DNA of 41,680 nt from a virus (lineage: Duplodnaviria > Caudoviricetes), in IMG/VR virus record IMGVR_UViG_3300037604_000083, positions 1 to 41,680 of that record. One strand, written 5' to 3'. Below, one piece after another: positions 35,362-41,680 of the stretch. Under the pieces are notes generated by a model. That model was not told the origin of the DNA and searched no databases. It worked only from the letters and a program-made list of their open reading frames with translations. The position numbers and the translations under genes were made by a program. The number at the start of each line of letters is the position of its first letter. Positions within the stretch are counted from its first letter, which is position 1.

Positions 35362-35591
35362 TACGCACTGATTTCTAGACGTTGCTCGCTCTGTATCAAG
35401 AGGTCAAGCGACACCTCGTGCGGGTGGGGATAGTTCAGTTCCAGGAGTTCAGGAATCATGGCGAGTAATTTCAGCCTGAGCTCTTCCTGCGACTCAGCTT
35501 CTGCATTGAGCCCGGGCACATCGCTATCGTTGACGAACCACACCTGTGCTTCTTCGTCGTAGGCAACCAAGACTCTAAATTCCCTGTTCAT
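35361..35591 (-). CDS. HicB-like antitoxin (DUF1902-like)
   Basis: DEEAQVW....DVPGL..EAES.EEL......IPELLELN; TAATG-coupled to hicA. Confidence 0.85.
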   Translation of the reverse strand: MNREFRVLVAYDEEAQVWFVNDSDVPGLNAEAESQEELRLKLLAMIPELLELNYPHPHEVSLDLLIQSEQRLEISA

Positions 35592-35628
35592 CGAATTATG
35601 GTAACACCAATATCTATTGAGATATCTA

Positions 35629-35644
35629 CTGTTTATCCAACCAG
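35629..35644. promoter_or_regulatory. Putative LexA (SOS) box
   Basis: TA-CTGTTTATCCAACCAG-TT fits CTG-N10-CAG. Confidence 0.55.
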
Positions 35645-35734
35645 TTCACACAACTTGTACACAAATATGTGTAGCTATTTCATACCGGTTAAAAGCGCCC
35701 ACTTTAGCAAACCCAGGAGTAGGATCATTTGATT

Positions 35735-35776
35735 TTAGCATTTTGCTTGACTTATAGTTAAGCATTTTGCTAACGT
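35735..35776 (+). promoter_or_regulatory. OL operators (two boxes, 24-bp pitch) and pL
   Basis: TTAGCATTTTGCTTG at 35735 and TAAGCATTTTGCTAA at 35759; TTGACT-N18-TAACGT. Confidence 0.8.
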
Positions 35777-35811
35777 CTATCCGTCGCTAACTCAAAGGCA
35801 GTGGATATCCG

Positions 35812-36021
35812 ATGACCCTATTCACCCACACCCAGATTTCAGCCGCCTGGCACAAAGTCCGCTCAGAGCACGGCGTGTTCTTCGGCTACACCGCCGAGCA
35901 GGCCCACGAAAAGGCCCGGGCTCACAGCCGGCGCATGGCAATCAAAGCAGCCGCAGCTGGACGGATGCTCCCCCTCACCCACTCACAGCGCCAGGTGCAG
36001 TCCTCCCTGGGCAACCGCTAG
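35812..36021 (+). CDS. Hypothetical protein, first pL gene
   Basis: ORF directly after pL. Confidence 0.6.
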   Translation: MTLFTHTQISAAWHKVRSEHGVFFGYTAEQAHEKARAHSRRMAIKAAAAGRMLPLTHSQRQVQSSLGNR

Positions 36022-36031
36022 GGAGTCAGCT

Positions 36032-36298
36032 ATGTCAGCCATGCCGCAAACCTCAATCTACGCCATCCGTTCCCAGGACATTACAGGCCTGCGGCAACTG
36101 ATCAACGGTGAGCAAATGACGCTGCAGCAGATCGCAGAGCAGGTCATGCGCAAACCCGTGGACGTTCGAAACGATCTGAGCTGGCTGCTCATGAATGGCG
36201 ACATTTGTCGTCTGTGCGGCCTTGGCGCTGCGCCGGCCAAGTATTTCCTGCCTCCCCGCGGAGTCAGTAGGTCACCCAGGAGAAGCCAGCATGCCTAA
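36032..36298 (+). CDS. Hypothetical wHTH-like protein
   Basis: GGAG RBS; MTLQQIAE......VRNDL..L...G. Confidence 0.6.
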   Translation: MSAMPQTSIYAIRSQDITGLRQLINGEQMTLQQIAEQVMRKPVDVRNDLSWLLMNGDICRLCGLGAAPAKYFLPPRGVSRSPRRSQHA

Positions 36299-36407
36299 TC
36301 GACGGACAAGCCTGGAACCCTCGCACGCTGAGCACCTTGCGTTGTTGTTTATCCGAACCTTCTTCGGTCTCGCGTGCCTGGCAATCATAGTGGGCTACTC
36401 ACTGTGA
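36291..36407 (+). CDS. Small membrane peptide
   Basis: AGGAG RBS; hydrophobic C-terminal half. Confidence 0.45.
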   Translation: MPNRRTSLEPSHAEHLALLFIRTFFGLACLAIIVGYSL

Positions 36408-36521
36408 CAGTTTACGACCCCTGCCCTTCACTCCTACCCCTTAGTCTAAGAGGGGCAGTGGGTCTCTTTTCAGCCTGCGAACTATCGTAGCCCCTTAAAA
36501 CATACCAAAGGAAATATAGCG

Positions 36522-36698
36522 ATGCTTGGACTGATCAGCACTGGACAAATCGTTTACCCAATTCGCGCCAACAACGTCCGCGAGGGCTACATGAGAGTAC
36601 TGCGCCCATTCCTGCCGCACGAGGGCCAGAAATGCAGCCACCGCGGGGAGATTATTACGGTGCGCAAAGATCGACTCAAAGATTCCGAGAAGGAATAG
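36522..36698 (+). CDS. Hypothetical protein (58 aa)
   Basis: AAGGA RBS; fills the gap; below the ORF track size range. Confidence 0.5.
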   Translation: MLGLISTGQIVYPIRANNVREGYMRVLRPFLPHEGQKCSHRGEIITVRKDRLKDSEKE

Positions 36699-36724
36699 CA
36701 GCCACCCTATAGGAGAGTGAGAAA

Positions 36725-36943
36725 ATGGATGTAAGGACTGGAGATATTTTTTACGCAGACAAAGTAGGTTTGCGTCGAAAAGAAAAAGAGATAGGTCGGC
36801 CGCTTGCCCCGCTCCGTCCCTCGCAAGTTGAAGAGCTGCGAACCCTCGGAGCTGATAGGCGTAAAAACTATATGCGCAATCAACCTTGCGTGTGCGGTTC
36901 GGGCAATAAGTTCAAGAAATGCTGCTGGAGTGATTACGCATGA
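36725..36943 (+). CDS. SEC-C motif protein
   Basis: RNQPCVCGSGNKFKKCC. Confidence 0.85.
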   Translation: MDVRTGDIFYADKVGLRRKEKEIGRPLAPLRPSQVEELRTLGADRRKNYMRNQPCVCGSGNKFKKCCWSDYA

Positions 36944-37188
36944 GCTTGCCCCCTGAGATTACAGTTTCGATGGCTATGCAGCCTTTAGCCGATCAGATCG
37001 ACAAAATCCTTGAAGAAATCGCCGGTGAGCGGATGGGCTTTAGTCTTGTCGTTTTTAACACTAAGCCAGGCTCCCGAATGAACTACGTGTCCAATTGCGA
37101 CAGGGAGGAAGTGATTAACGCCCTAAGCTCACTACTGGATGGCTGGGAGCAAGGAATGCCGGATATTCCAGCGCACAAAGTCAGTTAG
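36940..37188 (+). CDS. Hypothetical phage protein
   Basis: ATGA-coupled; GF.L.VF.......NYVSN..R. Confidence 0.7.
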   Translation: MSLPPEITVSMAMQPLADQIDKILEEIAGERMGFSLVVFNTKPGSRMNYVSNCDREEVINALSSLLDGWEQGMPDIPAHKVS

Positions 37189-37210
37189 CCAACTTATAGG
37201 AGAGTGAGAA

Positions 37211-37396
37211 ATGCGTTTAATCATATTGGCGATTGTGCTCTTTCTAGCGGGATGCAGCAATGATGAGAAAGTCAGGGCTATGCAAGATTTGTGTGAGGGA
37301 AAAGAGACAGTTTACAAAATGGAATTCACGCCGTTCGGCAGAAGCTTCAGCATTAGTTGTACGCACCCTGAGCCAGTCATAGAAGGGAGTGAGTAG
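37211..37396 (+). CDS. Small lipoprotein
   Basis: Lipobox LAG-C. Confidence 0.7.
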   Translation: MRLIILAIVLFLAGCSNDEKVRAMQDLCEGKETVYKMEFTPFGRSFSISCTHPEPVIEGSE

Positions 37397-37768
37397 ATGC
37401 CTAGAAACATGAGCTTTGCGCTGACAACAGCCCAGATTCAAGACCAGAGCAAAACCGTTACGCGACGGTTTGGCTGGAAGTTCTTGAAGCCCGGCGATCT
37501 GCTTTGGGCTGTCGAGAAGGCAATGGGGCTGAAGAAAGGCGAGAAAGTTCGAAGGCTGGCTTTGATACGCGTCGTAAGCACGCGCTGGGAACCTCTGAAC
37601 GCGATCACGCAATCGGACTGTGTCAGGGAAGGATTTCCAGAGCACGACAAGTACACGTTCGTTGACATGCTTCAAGACCATTACGGGGGCGATCTTGAGC
37701 CAGACGCATCAGTCAACAGAATAGAGTTTGAGTATGTTTCTGACCACGCTTTGTTGGGGAGTGAGTAA
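37397..37768 (+). CDS. ASCH domain protein
   Basis: KTVTRR.GW..LKPGD...I...D..REGF...IEF.Y. Confidence 0.85.
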   Translation: MPRNMSFALTTAQIQDQSKTVTRRFGWKFLKPGDLLWAVEKAMGLKKGEKVRRLALIRVVSTRWEPLNAITQSDCVREGFPEHDKYTFVDMLQDHYGGDLEPDASVNRIEFEYVSDHALLGSE

Positions 37769-38146
37769 ATGAATAGCAATACTGATGTGTACCCATCTTC
37801 AGAATGCCTGATCCACAACCTTAGGCGTCACGTTTACTGCCTTGGCCCTAAGTGCGAAAACAGAGACACAATGCTTCATGCTGCCGATCGGATTGCTGGT
37901 CTGGAGGCCAGGGTGCAGGAGCTTGAAGCCGCACAGCGCCGGAAAGCCGCCAGTGAGACGCTGTCGGACACAGGCCAGGTCGTGGCATTTGGCGACCAAA
38001 TAAAGCTGCAAGTAACCGATGATGATGAACTATTCGCGGTGAAAAACGTGCTAGTGACCCGGTACAAGTCAGTAGGCGATTTGAGAAGGGCAGTTCTGTC
38101 GACACAGAGCGATACTGCGCCACCCCCACCAGAGGTAGAGCAATGA
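37769..38146 (+). CDS. Hypothetical protein
   Basis: Coupled ORF; AADRIA.LE coiled coil. Confidence 0.65.
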   Translation: MNSNTDVYPSSECLIHNLRRHVYCLGPKCENRDTMLHAADRIAGLEARVQELEAAQRRKAASETLSDTGQVVAFGDQIKLQVTDDDELFAVKNVLVTRYKSVGDLRRAVLSTQSDTAPPPPEVEQ

Positions 38147-38550
38147 GAAATTTAAAATTCAGAGCTTGGGATGCGCTGCACAAAAAGATGCTTACAGGTG
38201 GTGAAACGCTTTCCCAGTTCCACCCAGACGGCTCTATGTATGCCGTGGTTTACGACAGCGAGGGCTGCTCGGCACACATTCCGCTCATGCAATACACCGG
38301 CTTAAAAGACAAAAACGGTGTGGAGATTTACGAGGGGGATATTGTACGCATAAAAGACTGTCACCCGCGTGGTGATGGCTTTTTTGATGACGAACTGGTG
38401 CGTATTTATTGGAGCGAAGGCGATCTGGCCTACTTTGCGTCTGGAGCAAAGTTTTCATGGCACAACTTTGCAGCCGCGCTATCAGATGAGGAAATTACTG
38501 TTATCGGCAACATTTACCAGCACCCCGAACTACTAGAGCAGGGAGAGTAG
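38143..38550 (+). CDS. YopX family protein
   Basis: KFRAWD, MQYTGLKDKNGVEIYEGDI, VIGNIYQHPELL. Confidence 0.93.
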   Translation: MRNLKFRAWDALHKKMLTGGETLSQFHPDGSMYAVVYDSEGCSAHIPLMQYTGLKDKNGVEIYEGDIVRIKDCHPRGDGFFDDELVRIYWSEGDLAYFASGAKFSWHNFAAALSDEEITVIGNIYQHPELLEQGE

Positions 38551-38586
38551 GCCCAGCCATGCTATTGAGTAACGAGGCATAGTGAC

Positions 38587-38814
38587 ATGAGCAAGCCGAA
38601 ATCCTGGCACGTTTTCAAGCACGAATATCTCGACCGGCCCAGGAACATCCGAACCGCCAAACTGTGGCTGGAGAACGGTACGATTCGCGGCAAGGCCATC
38701 AAAAATGAACACGGCGAAGTTGTTGACGTGCTGGTCGATGTCGATCACTGGCGCGCGAGCTTTAACCAGAGCGAATGCGACCTCGAATCTGAGGCGCTTG
38801 AACTGCTCGTATGA
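38587..38814 (+). CDS. Excisionase-like protein
   Basis: Small, upstream of int; RT...W...G.I.G motif. Confidence 0.55.
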   Translation: MSKPKSWHVFKHEYLDRPRNIRTAKLWLENGTIRGKAIKNEHGEVVDVLVDVDHWRASFNQSECDLESEALELLV

Positions 38815-38828
38815 GGGGGGTAGCTTTG

Positions 38829-40004
38829 ATGCCAGATAACAAACGGAGCATCGACATGAGCGTGTGCCTGCACACAGGCAAGCCCCTGCCTGACAACCTG
38901 GTGAACGACAACCGCAAGCGGCCCAACGTCTATCGATACAAGCGGCCAGACGGGACGTACAAGTACATCCGCAAGCCCTATGCACAAGCATGCCTCTTGG
39001 CTGAAATGGCCAACAGCAAGCGCGAAGCGAGCCCCATGTCGTCTAAATCTACCCTCTACTGGTGTGGGCAATACATCGAGTGGATGGAATCCCAAAATCC
39101 CGAACTACTGGCGAAGCGGGGCTGGGTGGATCGCAAGGCCATGTTGAGAAAGTTTGCTGGCGAGTTCCCGGTGCTTCGCGAGGCCACCCTGGCAACCCTG
39201 TCCACCTGGTGGGACGCGCTCACCTACGACCAGCAGCACTCGCGCCGATCTGTGCTCAGCCAGTTTTTCCAGTGGTGCATGTCCAAGGGCGTGGCCAAGC
39301 AAAACCCGTTCAACACATCGGACGCCCTGCCCCACTTGATCGAGAAAAAGAAACCCGCCAAAAGACGCCGGCCGATCAACAACATGGCTGAGTTTAACGC
39401 GATCTATGAGCATGCGGAGGACTATGTCCAGGTTGCAATGATGATATCGCTCACCACCACCATGCGCGCCGGCGACGTCGCCGCGCTCAGGTTTAGCGAT
39501 GTGGTAGACACCCCCCAGGGCAAGAAGCTCTGCAGGACAATCGCCAAGTCTGCAAACCAGAGGGGCGCCATGGCCGCCACCCACGGCGGATGGAATCTAT
39601 CCCGGCACGTCAAGCTGGCCCAGGCGATCAACCACGGGCGAAAGCTCGCAATGATGCGTCCAGACTCACCCCCATACATCGTTAACAAGCGGCCGCAGCG
39701 GCGGCGCATTCGGGCGGGTTGCGATAACGTCTACCAGGTCACCAGCAAGGATCTGTCCAGGGGGTTCACCAAGGCAGTCGCAGCAGCTGGTCTATGGGAG
39801 AACTTGAAGGATGCCACACCACCCACTTTCCACGAGGTCCGCGGGCTGGCGATAGACTTGCTCTTAAAATCGGGCATCGACATCAAGCAAGTGCAGCGCC
39901 TGGCTGCACACACCGACGAATCCATCACCAGCGGCTATACAGCGAACCATCCGCCAGCCTATGTTGACCTGGGAATAGTTGTCAATGATGAGGTGCTGCG
40001 ATGA
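38829..40004 (+). CDS. int: Tyrosine recombinase/integrase (lambda Int-like)
   Basis: N-terminal YRYKRP arm-binding-like region; MRAGD, K, FHEVR, AAH, ITSGY. Confidence 0.92.
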   Translation: MPDNKRSIDMSVCLHTGKPLPDNLVNDNRKRPNVYRYKRPDGTYKYIRKPYAQACLLAEMANSKREASPMSSKSTLYWCGQYIEWMESQNPELLAKRGWVDRKAMLRKFAGEFPVLREATLATLSTWWDALTYDQQHSRRSVLSQFFQWCMSKGVAKQNPFNTSDALPHLIEKKKPAKRRRPINNMAEFNAIYEHAEDYVQVAMMISLTTTMRAGDVAALRFSDVVDTPQGKKLCRTIAKSANQRGAMAATHGGWNLSRHVKLAQAINHGRKLAMMRPDSPPYIVNKRPQRRRIRAGCDNVYQVTSKDLSRGFTKAVAAAGLWENLKDATPPTFHEVRGLAIDLLLKSGIDIKQVQRLAAHTDESITSGYTANHPPAYVDLGIVVNDEVLR

Positions 40005-40717
40005 GCAAGGATAATCGGCTGGAGCGACAGCCAACAACATCTGTGCACCGATGCAAAAAATGCGGAAAAGAGAGGCCCAATAAAAACTTCGCGGTACAAA
40101 AGAAGACCTCTAGCTGCGGTGCACCATACTCATTGAGGCGCACTACATGCACGCATTGCGAATATACTGCAACAAAAGAAGCGCAAAAGCGTCGCCTACA
40201 GCAGCCAGAGGCGAGAGCGAGAGCTGCCGCCAGGAAAAAAGAGTGGAGTCGGCGGCCCGAGGTTTTGGCCAAGAGGCGTGCAGCATACGCGGCCATACGC
40301 GATACTCCGGAATTTAAGAGGGCGCGGTCAGAGACGCACAAAAAGCGATGGAACCACCCAAATGGCAGGGCCATTGCCGCGCAAAAGGCCTATGAGTCGG
40401 CAAATCGCGAAAAGATACGAGAGTACAGATCCTCCTGGGCAAGGAAAAAGTATAGAGAGGACCCGGAATTCAGGGCCCGGTCAATAGATCGCAAGAAAGA
40501 GAGAAGGAGGTCCGATGATCTGAGGATGCGGGAAAGAGATCAAGCAAACCACCGGAACGCGGTAGCGCGGGAGGAACTACGCGACAGCTATGTCGCCAAA
40601 TGCATTTCCATCCGTACCCGGCTTTCGCGCGCACAAATCCCTCCGGAGCTAATAGAAATGAAACGACTACAGATTCAGATTCGACGTGAACTACACAGGA
40701 GAAACACCAATGCTTAA
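40001..40717 (+). CDS. Basic helical protein with N-terminal CxxC...CxxC
   Basis: CKKC...CTHC; R/K-rich; L.DSYV...IPPELIE.KR. Confidence 0.75.
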   Translation: MSKDNRLERQPTTSVHRCKKCGKERPNKNFAVQKKTSSCGAPYSLRRTTCTHCEYTATKEAQKRRLQQPEARARAAARKKEWSRRPEVLAKRRAAYAAIRDTPEFKRARSETHKKRWNHPNGRAIAAQKAYESANREKIREYRSSWARKKYREDPEFRARSIDRKKERRRSDDLRMRERDQANHRNAVAREELRDSYVAKCISIRTRLSRAQIPPELIEMKRLQIQIRRELHRRNTNA

Positions 40718-40931
40718 CTTGCAGGAACTACGCACCGAACTTTCTGAAGTATTTGTCAGGCTCAAAGAGGGCGACTTGAAAGCTGCTGACGCAAAAGAAA
40801 TGAACAATGCTGCCGGAAAGATAATCAACTCCGCGAAGGTCGAGCTGGAGTATTACGCTCTGCGAGATGAAAAGCCGAATATACCATTCATTAGCGGCGA
40901 CATGGGCGAAGGCAAGCCTGGCGATGAGTAG
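40710..40931 (+). CDS. Hypothetical phage protein
   Basis: AGGAG RBS; LR..L...F..L.......A..M...AGKIINSAKVEL.Y. Confidence 0.75.
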   Translation: MLNLQELRTELSEVFVRLKEGDLKAADAKEMNNAAGKIINSAKVELEYYALRDEKPNIPFISGDMGEGKPGDE

Positions 40932-41286
40932 CCGGGTGGACGCCTACAGCCATATCGGGCCTGTTTTAATGCGGTGCATTGAAGCAATGGTCGATGCCGA
41001 GATGACGCTTTCACGCCTAGAGGCCGATGCTGAAGCTACAAGGCATCTGAAGGTCGAGTTCCAGGGAATAGACCTTCTCGATCAGGCGCTAACGGCGGCA
41101 GGATTCCCAGAGGACAATACAGCTGAGTTTGAGGCGGCAGGAGACAGGGATCATCCTGATGTCTATTGCAGAGACTGGCTTTATGTTGCTTTTCTTGAGC
41201 ACGTAGAGAAGCGGAAAACCGCAAAGGAGTATTTAGCCGAGGTTGGTCGTAATTTGCCGAGCGCGTTGCGGCCGGTCCAAACATGA
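40924..41286 (+). CDS. Hypothetical protein
   Basis: Overlap-coupled ORF. Confidence 0.6.
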   Translation: MSSRVDAYSHIGPVLMRCIEAMVDAEMTLSRLEADAEATRHLKVEFQGIDLLDQALTAAGFPEDNTAEFEAAGDRDHPDVYCRDWLYVAFLEHVEKRKTAKEYLAEVGRNLPSALRPVQT

Positions 41287-41414
41287 GCCATATCGACACT
41301 GATAAAAACAAGCCCCTGCACGGAGGACGAGGGCTCTACGCGGGATGGGAAGCCACGCTAACACCGGAGTTTTTCGACCTTGGGGTAGTGGTCAGTGATG
41401 AGGTGTTGAAATGA
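41283..41414 (+). CDS. 43-aa ORF ending in a copy of the integrase C-terminus
   Basis: ATGA-coupled on both ends; ends DLGVVVSDEVLK versus Int DLGIVVNDEVLR. Confidence 0.5.
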   Translation: MSHIDTDKNKPLHGGRGLYAGWEATLTPEFFDLGVVVSDEVLK

Positions 41415-41680
41415 CCAATGAGCAGGCCAGCTTGTTACTGGCATTAGTCGGGCGATCGCTGGACGCAGCGGTTGATAGGCTGGAAAACAACATCGAGATG
41501 GCCATCGCGGATATGCCTGAAACTGACCTGCCATTAGTCTTTCGAGAAAGACGGTCCCAACCTATATTTTTCCCTACAAGCGGGGAGCACTCCAAAACGA
41601 GGCTGTCGGTGCTCGATGATCTACGCCAAGAAGTGGGAGTGATTTTTGAAGATGCAAAGAATCTTAGACAAGAGCCGTGA
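41411..41680 (+). CDS. Hypothetical protein
   Basis: GAGG RBS; ORF ends at the window end. Confidence 0.6.
   Translation: MTNEQASLLLALVGRSLDAAVDRLENNIEMAIADMPETDLPLVFRERRSQPIFFPTSGEHSKTRLSVLDDLRQEVGVIFEDAKNLRQEP

Larger units (their letters stand above)
36708..37211 (+). repeat. 17-bp direct repeat TATAGGAGAGTGAGAAA at gene junctions (36708 and 37195)
   Basis: Exact match; each copy carries the RBS of the next gene. Confidence 0.8.
1..41680. mobile_element. Temperate lambdoid siphophage/prophage genome, probably circularly permuted
   Basis: Immunity, replication, Q, lysis, head, tail and integrase modules in lambdoid order; no host housekeeping genes seen. Confidence 0.95.

Noticed and set aside
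40001-40717. HNH homing endonuclease call
   Set aside because: The N-terminal zinc motif is present but no HNH catalytic motif is visible

Overview
The window is a near-complete or complete temperate lambdoid siphophage or prophage genome, probably from a gammaproteobacterium (inferred from sigma70 promoters, a LexA-type box and lambda-like head genes). It looks circularly permuted. The + strand early (pL) operon runs 35.8-41.7 kb and appears to continue at 1-2.7 kb (C5 methyltransferase, Lar-like). On the - strand are cro, cII-like, the replication initiator with iterons, the nin region and Q (33.3-25.9 kb). The late operon follows: lysis, fibre/esterase, terminase, portal, protease-capsid fusion and tail (25.9-3.76 kb). 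Main observations: (1) a secreted HzsA-related beta-propeller/heme-c (CxxCH) protein with a secreted Cys-rich partner in the nin region; (2) a radC plus KorC-like repressor cassette with three operator-containing promoters, two facing outward into flanking phage operons; (3) three tandem collar/HxH units at the tail-tip C-terminus; (4) a pseudoknot-like RNA element between the tail tube and chaperone genes; (5) a peptidase-less CI together with an SOS box; (6) a duplicated integrase 3' end. All family calls come from motif recognition by eye, not database searches.
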